A program made the translations under genes and the position numbers. From an uncultured Bacteroidia bacterium (GTDB lineage Bacteria > Bacteroidota > Bacteroidia > J057): DNA of 64,000 nt. The notes beneath the pieces are model-generated. The model saw only the letters and a list, made by a program, of their open reading frames with translations. It did no database searches and was not told the origin of the DNA. The stretch covers positions 80,341 to 144,340 of the forward strand of contig CAZMAV010000009.1 in NCBI GenBank assembly GCA_964564415.1. The letters run 5' to 3'. The stretch's first letter is position 1. The number at the start of each line of letters is the position of its first letter. This document shows positions 56,918 to 64,000 of this stretch, piece after piece.

Positions 56918-57646
56918 ATGAAGAAAATCTGGTCCATCGCACAAAGAGAATTTTCGACTTACCTAGATTCCCTGGTGGCCTACATCCTCCTGGTGGTCTT
57001 TGTGGGAATCACTGGGATATTTACCTGGCTTTCCTTTACGGATGTCTTTTATACCAATGTGGCCTCAATGGCTCCATTTTTCAGCATATCTTACTGGGTG
57101 CTCTTTTTCTTCATTCCCGCCCTGACCATGAGGATGCTGGCCGAGGAAAGGCGGAGCGGCACCCTGGAAGTTCTCCTTACCAGAGCCGTGACGGACTGGC
57201 AGGTTGTCTTTGGGAAATTTTTAGGAGCCCTGATGCTCATAGGTGTCACCTTGGCCTTCACCCTTCCCTGGTATGGCTCTATTGCTTACCTGGGTCCGGT
57301 GGACCATGGCTCTGTCATCGCGGCCTATTTGGGCCTTTTGTTGATGAGCGCCATGTATATCAGCATTGGTATATTTGCATCGAGCTTTACTGATAATCAG
57401 ATCGTAGCTTTTCTATCTGCTCTTGTCATTGGTATTTTCTTTCATTGGGTATTTGGTTTGATGAGCAATATTTTTTCGGGGAGCCTGAGGGATATTTTTA
57501 CCTTTCTCTCCACCCAGACCCATATCGAGTCTATCACCCGGGGGGTCATTGACCTTAGAGACTTGGTTTTCTTCCTTTCCATCACCCTTTTGGGACTTTA
57601 TTTCGCAGAAGTTCGACTGGCCAAAAGAAACGTAGCCGAAGCCTAA
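56918..57646 (+). CDS. gldF: Gliding-motility-associated ABC-2 permease GldF
   Basis: 242 aa with six TM helices. The ORF track starts upstream at a non-ATG codon (56810); the ATG is at 56918 (MKKIWSIAQREF). Confidence 0.7.
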   Translation: MKKIWSIAQREFSTYLDSLVAYILLVVFVGITGIFTWLSFTDVFYTNVASMAPFFSISYWVLFFFIPALTMRMLAEERRSGTLEVLLTRAVTDWQVVFGKFLGALMLIGVTLAFTLPWYGSIAYLGPVDHGSVIAAYLGLLLMSAMYISIGIFASSFTDNQIVAFLSALVIGIFFHWVFGLMSNIFSGSLRDIFTFLSTQTHIESITRGVIDLRDLVFFLSITLLGLYFAEVRLAKRNVAEA

Positions 57647-57656
57647 CAACATTTCC

Positions 57657-59213
57657 ATGAAGCTATCCAGAACGACTGTCAATACGCGAACCCTTCTCTT
57701 TATCGCCGTGATCGTAGTGCTCAACTTATTAGTGGGGAGGGCATATTTTCGCCTGGATTTTACGGCTGATCAGCGATACACCCTCACCAAGAGCACAAGG
57801 GATATTGTCAAAAATCTGAGTCAGCCCGTCACCGTTACAGCCTATATTTCCGAAAATCTCCCTCCCCAGCTCGACCGCACAGCCAGGGATTTTCGAGACC
57901 TCCTGGTGGAGTATAGGTCGGCTTCCAATGACAACATTGTCTACGAATTCATTGATCCTACAGAGGATGAAGAGAAAAAACAGGAGGCTATACAGGCTCA
58001 GGTTTTTCCCCGGCAGATACAGTCCCGCGAGAAAGATAAAGTAGAGGTACAGGAAGGATTTATCGGAGCGGTAATTCGGATGGGAACCAATCAGGCTTCT
58101 ATTCCGGCCCTGGTCGATCAGCGGGGGCAGGCCCTTAACCTGGAGTATGCCCTTACTTCAAATATTTTGAAGGTAGATACAACCCAAAAGACCAGCATTG
58201 GTGTGTTGATCGGCCATGGAGAAAGTGGCCTCAACCGCCTCCGTCAGGCTCAAGAACTCCTCTCTGTGCAGCACAGCCTGGACACCCTCCGTTTTTCTAC
58301 CGACCCCAATGCCTTTAACAAATACCGAACCCTGGTGAGCCTGGGAGCCAACCAAGCTTTTACAGAGGATGAATTGGAGAGATTGGATGCCTTTTTGGAG
58401 AGCGGGGGGCGTTTGTTTTTGGGGGTAGAAGCTGTCAATGCCAGCCTGGATGCCCGTCGTCCCTGGACCAAGGGAAACACTGGGCTGGAGGAGTGGATCA
58501 ATGATAAGGGAGTGCAGGTCAACCAAAACTTTCTGATCGATATACAGGCCGTCGAAATAGGGGTGCAAACGGTCATCGGCACCTTTGGGGGGCAGCCTAT
58601 CTATGGCACACAAAATGTCCCTTTTCCCTACTTTCCCAGGGTGAGAAATTTTCAGGATCATCCCATTTCCCAAGGATTGGAAGAGGTATTTTTTCAGTTT
58701 CCAAGTCCCATCGGAATTTTGGGAACAGAAAAGGAGATTAGCATCAGTCCCCTGGTCAAATCCTCCAATAATTCTGGTAGCCAGGCTCCTCCTCAATTTT
58801 TTAACCAGGAAAAGCAGTGGACCCGGGCTGATTTTCCCCTTGGCCCCCAAACAATAGGGGTGGCCATGGAGGGTAAACTGGCGGGAAATACACAAACTCG
58901 AATGGTGGTCTTTTCGGATGGGGACTTTCCTCAGGGTGATCAGCAGCAGCCAGCCATTCCGGATAATGTTAACCTGTTTGCCAATGCCCTCGACTGGCTG
59001 GAGGGCAATACGGCCCTGGCAGCCATTCGTACCAAAGAAGTCGAATCTCGTCCCATCGAAAAGTTTCTCACCGAAGAAGAAGTCGGAAGCCGGACGGCAT
59101 TCAAGTGGATCAATTTCCTCCTGCCCATCGTGATCGTCGTGGGTTTTGGCCTGCTTCGTCGACAAAGAAGATCGGCTGAGAGAAAAAGATGGAGAGAGGT
59201 GGATTATTCTTAA
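57657..59213 (+). CDS. gldG: Gliding-motility-associated ABC transporter substrate-binding/auxiliary protein GldG
   Basis: 518 aa. N-terminal TM segment, a large periplasmic domain and a C-terminal TM segment. Operon position after gldA and gldF. Confidence 0.7.
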   Translation: MKLSRTTVNTRTLLFIAVIVVLNLLVGRAYFRLDFTADQRYTLTKSTRDIVKNLSQPVTVTAYISENLPPQLDRTARDFRDLLVEYRSASNDNIVYEFIDPTEDEEKKQEAIQAQVFPRQIQSREKDKVEVQEGFIGAVIRMGTNQASIPALVDQRGQALNLEYALTSNILKVDTTQKTSIGVLIGHGESGLNRLRQAQELLSVQHSLDTLRFSTDPNAFNKYRTLVSLGANQAFTEDELERLDAFLESGGRLFLGVEAVNASLDARRPWTKGNTGLEEWINDKGVQVNQNFLIDIQAVEIGVQTVIGTFGGQPIYGTQNVPFPYFPRVRNFQDHPISQGLEEVFFQFPSPIGILGTEKEISISPLVKSSNNSGSQAPPQFFNQEKQWTRADFPLGPQTIGVAMEGKLAGNTQTRMVVFSDGDFPQGDQQQPAIPDNVNLFANALDWLEGNTALAAIRTKEVESRPIEKFLTEEEVGSRTAFKWINFLLPIVIVVGFGLLRRQRRSAERKRWREVDYS

Positions 59214-59233
59214 GCCAAAAATCCTAAAAAGAC

Positions 59234-60154
59234 ATGTTCAAAAGATTTTCCCATCAACAATTGCTCATTACCCTTGGGGTTTTGCTGGGCCTATACCTTC
59301 TTTCCTTTCTTCTGGGGGGAAGCAAAGAAAGAAGTTTTGAAGCCAATGTCCTGAGCTTGGATACGGCACAGGTCAGCAAATTGGTCCTCACACCCTCAGG
59401 AGAAAGAACTTACCGCCTCCAAAAAAATCAGGGAAGCTGGGAGGTGGAACTGGCCGAGGCTTCATTTGCAAGGGCGGAGGCATCCAAGGTCAGGAGAGCT
59501 TTGGGAAGCATTGCCAGGCTTCAGGCCAGGGGACTGGCCAGCAGAAATGAGGAGCAGTGGTCTGACTTTGGGGTGGATGAATCTGGTGTCAACATAAAGA
59601 TCTTTCAGGGAGAGGAACTCCTCGGAGAAATTTATGGGGGGGAGACTTTTTACCAACAGTCTGGCCTCATGTCCTATGTGAGGAAGGAGGGTGAGAAGGA
59701 GACCCTGATGGTACCGGCCAACCTGAAGGCAAGCTTCGGAAAAAAGCCCAATGATTGGCGCGACAAGGCCCTGGTGCTTGGCGACAGGAACAGTTGGAAC
59801 ATGCTGACCTTTACCTATGAAGGGGATTCCTCCTTTCAAATGATAAAAAATGGACAGAACCAGTGGATGTACTCGGATTCTACCGCAAGCAACAGCAGTG
59901 AGGTAGGATCTTATATCCGAAAATTGGCGCTGACCAAGGGGATCACTTTTGCCGATCGACTTCCTGGGGGCCGGCCTTCCATGAGCCTTTCGGTGCAGAG
60001 TTTTACAGGTCCACCCTTTGAGATTGCTGCCTACGAGGAGGGTCAGGGAGCTTATCTCATCACCTCGACAGCCAATCCTGGAGCTGTCTTCGAAGGAGAA
60101 GGCTTGATCAACGAAATATTCGTAAGCCCCCAAACATTCGCTTTTGATGATTAA
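59234..60154 (+). CDS. DUF4340-like protein (commonly found after gldG)
   Basis: 306 aa. N-terminal TM segment. Identified by its position immediately after gldG. Confidence 0.5.
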   Translation: MFKRFSHQQLLITLGVLLGLYLLSFLLGGSKERSFEANVLSLDTAQVSKLVLTPSGERTYRLQKNQGSWEVELAEASFARAEASKVRRALGSIARLQARGLASRNEEQWSDFGVDESGVNIKIFQGEELLGEIYGGETFYQQSGLMSYVRKEGEKETLMVPANLKASFGKKPNDWRDKALVLGDRNSWNMLTFTYEGDSSFQMIKNGQNQWMYSDSTASNSSEVGSYIRKLALTKGITFADRLPGGRPSMSLSVQSFTGPPFEIAAYEEGQGAYLITSTANPGAVFEGEGLINEIFVSPQTFAFDD

Positions 60155-60169
60155 GGCTTTCGGGGCCGA

Positions 60170-60213
60170 GGTCTTCGGGGCTATCAATGTCCCTATCCTT
60201 AGCCCCGAAGACC
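60170..60213 (+). terminator. 13-bp perfect inverted repeat (ggtcttcggggct / agccccgaagacc) after the gld operon; possible terminator or regulatory hairpin
   Basis: Perfect 13-bp stem with an 18-nt loop. There is no immediate T-run; T-rich sequence follows about 20 nt downstream. Confidence 0.4.
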
Positions 60214-60378
60214 CTGAACACCAAAAAATAAGTATTTTATTTTTTATTCAATTTCCGATAACTTAAAACAATTCCCGGCCATGTTGCCTGCTAACTTATT
60301 TAAGCTAAATGAAACGCACTGACTTTAGAAAAGCAGTTTCCATCTAAGAATGGAGTAAACTGGAAAACAAAGTCCCTC

Positions 60379-61263
60379 ATGGCGCCCAAGTGTTGGGCAC
60401 TGACCTGGTCATCATCCGCTGCGGGGATGAAGCTTCGGTACTTTATGGACGCTCGCCTCGCCGATGGATTTGTGGAGGGTGAAAACCTAATCTGTGGCCT
60501 GCACAACTGGAATTACCGCTATGATACGGGGGTGAGCGAGTACAATCCCGCCGAGCCCCTATACAAATTTACCTCCCTGATCGAAGAGGGCAAAGTATGG
60601 ATTGAAGAGGAAGAAGTCTGCGAGTTTGAGGTGAACGCAGTTCTCCCTCCCTTTGATGAGGATGAGTACCTGGGCAAATATGCCGATACCCACCCCGAAG
60701 CAACGGAGCCTTACACCAAGTATATCAAGCACCTGGCCCATCATGGCTTCTCCAAATGGGGCCATCACGGCCAAACCCAAGCCATGGATGTCGACCGAAA
60801 CACCCTGCCCAAATGGGAGCATATCCAAATCCTACCCGCCCAGCTTCACAGCAAGCCCCTCTTTGACGAGGACGAAGTAGAAATGAAGACCCTTATCGGG
60901 CCCCGGGTCCCCAGGCACCTCGATCTTAGGGGAGCCGAGGGTGTCTCCCTTATCGTAACTGAAGGACTTCGGGTGGCTGAAGACTTTATCAAAGCCCTTG
61001 CCCTGGGTACAGACGCCATAGCCATCGCCAACTCAGCCATGCAGGCCATCGGTTGTCTGGGCATGAGGGCTTGCCATACTGACAACTGTCAGGTGGGTAT
61101 TGCTTCCATGAAACACCACTTTCGGCAGCGACTTGAAATTCAAAAATCCGCCAAGCAACTCCACAATTTCTTCGAAGCCAGCAATGAATTGATGGCAGTC
61201 CTGGCCAGGGCCTGTGGACACGAGAAAATTGGAGATTTTACCTGGGAAGACCTGGGAACCTAG
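60379..61263 (+). CDS. Glutamate-synthase-domain-2-related (FMN-binding family) protein, C-terminal region only; N-terminal half of unclear homology
   Basis: 'LGTDAIAIANSAMQAIGCLGMRACHTDNCQVGIASMK' matches the conserved C-terminal part of COG0069 proteins. The FMN-binding core upstream of this region is absent. 294 aa versus about 500 aa for family members. Confidence 0.4.
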   Translation: MAPKCWALTWSSSAAGMKLRYFMDARLADGFVEGENLICGLHNWNYRYDTGVSEYNPAEPLYKFTSLIEEGKVWIEEEEVCEFEVNAVLPPFDEDEYLGKYADTHPEATEPYTKYIKHLAHHGFSKWGHHGQTQAMDVDRNTLPKWEHIQILPAQLHSKPLFDEDEVEMKTLIGPRVPRHLDLRGAEGVSLIVTEGLRVAEDFIKALALGTDAIAIANSAMQAIGCLGMRACHTDNCQVGIASMKHHFRQRLEIQKSAKQLHNFFEASNELMAVLARACGHEKIGDFTWEDLGT

Positions 61264-61316
61264 GACCATGACATGCACCGACTCTCAGGTGTAGCATTCA
61301 TGGGGGTGAATCAGGT

Positions 61317-62216
61317 CTAAGCTTTTTGATGAGACTCTCTGGCCGCAAAAGCCTGCTGCTCTCTATCGATAAATTCACGGAGGGAGGTAGGCTTTTTTCC
61401 TGTCAGCAGCTGATAGTGCTCCGTAATGGGGGGTGGGGGTTGAAATCGAGGTAGAAAATGTAGCATAATCATGACCACAGCGAAACCCGTAGACATTCCT
61501 TCTCGCTTTTTGCGAAGGAAAAAACTTAGGGGATTCAGGCTTTGATAGGTGATTTTCTCCCCCAACACATCACTCATTTGCCGGGCTACTTCCTGAAAAT
61601 GGAGCAGCTCTGTACCCGTTATTTCAAGGGCCTTGTTTTTGTGCTGGTCAAAGTCTGCAATGAGATAGGCCGTCGCCTCACCGATATTTTGGGCGTCGAT
61701 CCACAGAAACTTGGCCATTCCGGCAGGCAGGACAATCTTTCTTTCTTTTTGAATGTCAGAAAGCAGGGTCGTGCTGAGGTTTTGCATAAAATAGGAAGGC
61801 CGTACGAAAATGTACTCGAATTCCATCTCTCGGATCAATTTCTCCATCTTATGGTGGGGAATAATAGAACTGGCTTCTACTCCCTGGACAGAAAGGAATA
61901 CAATCTTTTTGATTCCCTGAGCCTTCGCCTGAGAAAGCATAGGTCTGAAAATTCCATCTACATCCGAAAGTTGTGGGGGACGGAGCAAAAATATGATGTC
62001 TTGCCCTTCAAAAGCCTCAGAAAAGGTCTCTCCTTGTTGGAAATCGAAGGGGACATATAGCAAATCCGGGTAGGTTTCAAGGATTTCTTTGTCCTTCTCT
62101 ACATCTCGGGCGGCTATGGTCAGCCTGGCTTGAAAAGGAATTTCGTGAAGATATCGGATCAACTCCCTGCCTATGTTTCCGGTCGCACCGGTGATAAGTA
62201 TATTTTTCATGCCCAT
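61317..62216 (-). CDS. NAD(P)H-binding NmrA-like / atypical SDR family oxidoreductase
   Basis: 299 aa. N-terminal 'ILITGATGNIGRELIRYL' Rossmann motif. Confidence 0.7.
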   Translation of the reverse strand: MGMKNILITGATGNIGRELIRYLHEIPFQARLTIAARDVEKDKEILETYPDLLYVPFDFQQGETFSEAFEGQDIIFLLRPPQLSDVDGIFRPMLSQAKAQGIKKIVFLSVQGVEASSIIPHHKMEKLIREMEFEYIFVRPSYFMQNLSTTLLSDIQKERKIVLPAGMAKFLWIDAQNIGEATAYLIADFDQHKNKALEITGTELLHFQEVARQMSDVLGEKITYQSLNPLSFFLRKKREGMSTGFAVVMIMLHFLPRFQPPPPITEHYQLLTGKKPTSLREFIDREQQAFAARESHQKA

Positions 62217-62693
62217 GGTACACCTTAATTCTTGGTGAATATAAGGAAAAATAAGCAGGAAAAGCGATGACCATTGTCCTGTCGTGAGCTTCTTTATCTC
62301 AGTGGAAGAAATATTGAGGATGTAGAAAAGGGCTTAGAAAGAAGTTGAGATGTTTGAGTAAGGGAAAAATTAGGCTATTTACCATGCCTTAAAAGCAGTG
62401 GGCAAATGTATATACAAATGTGTATATGATAATTGAATATTTTTATGTTAAATATAAAATTATTCTATGAATAATTTAATACATTGAATATAAGAATTCT
62501 TTTATAGAAACTAATTGATGAGGAGCCCCTCCCCTCGGTTCCATTCAATCGGATGAATTTTCAGACCGGTCTTAGCGAACCTGTCCGATTCCCCCTCCCC
62601 GGGGGGATCGAACCTCATTATTTCTGGGGCTTAACCCCTGAGCCTCCAGATAAAAGTATGTCTACATCTACCATCCTTAAAAATCATTTTATC

Positions 62694-63173
62694 ATGAACA
62701 GATTTGTCATGAGAAATATTTCCCTGACTATCATAGCTATCCAACTTAGTATGGGAGTAGCCTTCGGACAATTTCTTGAGACCAATAACTTTGAAATACT
62801 TCCTGCGGGCTGGACCCATCCGACGACCAACTTCGATGTGAAGTTTACCTCCCTGGGGGAATCAGGTGGAGTCCCGGGGCCTACCCCCCAGGGCTGTGAC
62901 CTCTATGGTTTTCGGGCACAAATCAATACGACCAATTCGATCAACCTGGGCATGAATGCAGTAGGATTTGGAAGCCTTACCATTCCTACCCTGACCTTTG
63001 AAAATGGTGCCCAGCAAGGTGCGTTAGACCGTTTTTGGACCACCAACCAGACCGGCTCCGGATGTGGTACCCTATTGAGCTTTTACGGTCAAAACTCCGG
63101 CAACATTGTTTTTACCCTTCTGGTTCGGGCCTCGCATCCGGAGGCATTTGGCAACCTTCAGACCGAAACCTGA
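62694..63173 (+). CDS. Hypothetical secreted protein
   Basis: Signal 'MNRFVMRNISLTIIAIQLSMGVAFGQ'. The ORF track starts upstream (62553), running through a GC palindrome. Confidence 0.45.
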   Translation: MNRFVMRNISLTIIAIQLSMGVAFGQFLETNNFEILPAGWTHPTTNFDVKFTSLGESGGVPGPTPQGCDLYGFRAQINTTNSINLGMNAVGFGSLTIPTLTFENGAQQGALDRFWTTNQTGSGCGTLLSFYGQNSGNIVFTLLVRASHPEAFGNLQTET

Positions 63174-63343
63174 AGTACTAACTCTGGTGGGGCAGAGGAA
63201 GCCAGCGAACCAAGCACAGCAGGCTTCGCAATGTAGTGCTGAAGCTCTATGGGAAAATACATAGGAAAGGATCTATCCTGGTGGGGAAGGCTAGGTCCTT
63301 TTTACCATTTGAGACAACCAATTCCTCACTTGAACTGGAACTT

Positions 63344-64000
63344 TCACCTATCCAGCTTCACCCGGGGGTCCAAGGCGACATAAAGAAGGTCAGTCAGAAT
63401 GTTGATCGAGACAAAGATAATTCCAATAAAAAGGGCGCAACCCATGATAACCGGAAAGTCCTGCTGATTGAGCGCATCTATGGTGAGCTTTCCAATGCCT
63501 TGCCAGTTGAAAATATACTCGATAAAAAAGGCCCCGGCGAGAAGAGAGGCCAGCCAGTTGGTGAGGGAGGAGAGCACGGGATTCAGGGCATTGCGGAGGG
63601 CGTGCCCCAGGACTACTCTCACGGGAGAAAGGCCTTTTGCCCTGGCTGTACGGACATAATCCGAAGCCAAGGCTTCTATCATGCTGGATCGGGTCAACTG
63701 TATAAAGACCGCCAGAGGCCTGATGCCCAGGGCTAAGGCAGGAAGAAAGAGATTTTTGAGGACCAGACGCTGATCCATGGAAAATATTTCCGGTTCCAAC
63801 AGGTAGCCACTGACCGATAGGCCCGTCCAGGACTGCCACTGTACCGCGAAAAGCCAGGCAATTAAAACGCCCATGAAAAAAGACGGAGCTGAAATCCCAA
63901 AAACAGAGAATGAAAGGATAAGCTGGTCCCAAGGCTTCCCTTGATTAAGGGCAGCTATCACCCCCAAAAATATTCCCAAAATTCCTGCAAAAAAGATGGC
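63344..64000 (-). CDS. Peptide/nickel ABC transporter permease (OppB/DppB family), 5'-partial at the window edge
   Basis: 'IEALASDYVRTARAKGLSPVRVVLGHALRNALNPVL' is the EAA-loop signature of OppB/DppB permeases. The N-terminus lies beyond position 64000. Confidence 0.75.
   Translation of the reverse strand, partial: AIFFAGILGIFLGVIAALNQGKPWDQLILSFSVFGISAPSFFMGVLIAWLFAVQWQSWTGLSVSGYLLEPEIFSMDQRLVLKNLFLPALALGIRPLAVFIQLTRSSMIEALASDYVRTARAKGLSPVRVVLGHALRNALNPVLSSLTNWLASLLAGAFFIEYIFNWQGIGKLTIDALNQQDFPVIMGCALFIGIIFVSINILTDLLYVALDPRVKLDR

Noticed and set aside
62590-62625. A ggggggatcgaacc segment (translated GGIEP in the long ORF) that resembles the reverse complement of a tRNA T-arm, suggesting a minus-strand tRNA or tRNA fragment next to the GC palindrome tccccgggggga
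   Set aside because: No acceptor, D or anticodon arms can be built on either side. The T-stem would need GAGG/CCCC mismatches. It is most likely a chance GC-rich motif inside the 5' leader of the secreted-protein gene.
1-64000. A search for CRISPR arrays, integrases, transposases, reverse transcriptases, restriction-modification or other defence-island hallmarks
   Set aside because: None was found. There are no regularly spaced repeats and no recombinase- or reverse-transcriptase-like translations. The sirtuin is a canonical Zn-ribbon CobB. The THUMP methyltransferase is RlmL-like rather than restriction-modification-linked.

Overview
This 64 kb window looks like a Bacteroidetes chromosome segment (likely a gliding Saprospiria- or Cytophagia-like organism), and it splits into a decayed accessory half and an ordinary housekeeping half. 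The inference rests on the sequence alone: there are two gene products with type IX secretion (T9SS) C-terminal sorting domains, a gldA-gldF-gldG gliding-motility ABC transporter followed by a DUF4340 gene, an exbB-exbD-exbD-tonB cluster, and no Shine-Dalgarno-dependent start sites.

The right half (about 43-60 kb) is conserved housekeeping sequence, in order: exbB, two exbD genes, tonB, purN, purH, mreB, mreC, mreD, mrdA, rodA and gldA, gldF, gldG.

The left half is accessory-like and decayed:
- Two tRNA clusters (1880-2539 and 3962-4531) flank a lipoprotein serpin gene. About half of the tRNA-like sequences do not fold into canonical cloverleaves.
- Just downstream, an rtcB gene and a subclass-B1 metallo-beta-lactamase gene each keep their N- and C-terminal parts but have lost the catalytic middle.
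- A small outer-membrane beta-barrel gene is broken by a 1-nt indel in an A7 run.

Other notable content:
- A GH13 amylase and a GH88-like hydrolase.
- A yqiJ/yqiK-like NfeD-flotillin operon.
- A putative MbnP/MbnH-like pair (a lipoprotein next to a di-haem cytochrome c peroxidase).
- Two orphan response regulators and an orphan DUF433 gene.
- A CsbD stress protein followed by a cluster of GC hairpins.
- A candidate structured small RNA ending in an intrinsic terminator.
- A diverged ~55-bp direct repeat bracketing an O-antigen-ligase-like gene.

I found no CRISPR array, reverse transcriptase, integrase, transposase or recognisable defence operon. The least conventional content is the degenerate tRNA array with its embedded serpin and the neighbouring internally deleted 'mini-genes'.

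All calls come from reading the translations and sequence by eye. Coordinates of RNA features and start codons are approximate, and the ORF track appears to show TTG/GTG starts as M.
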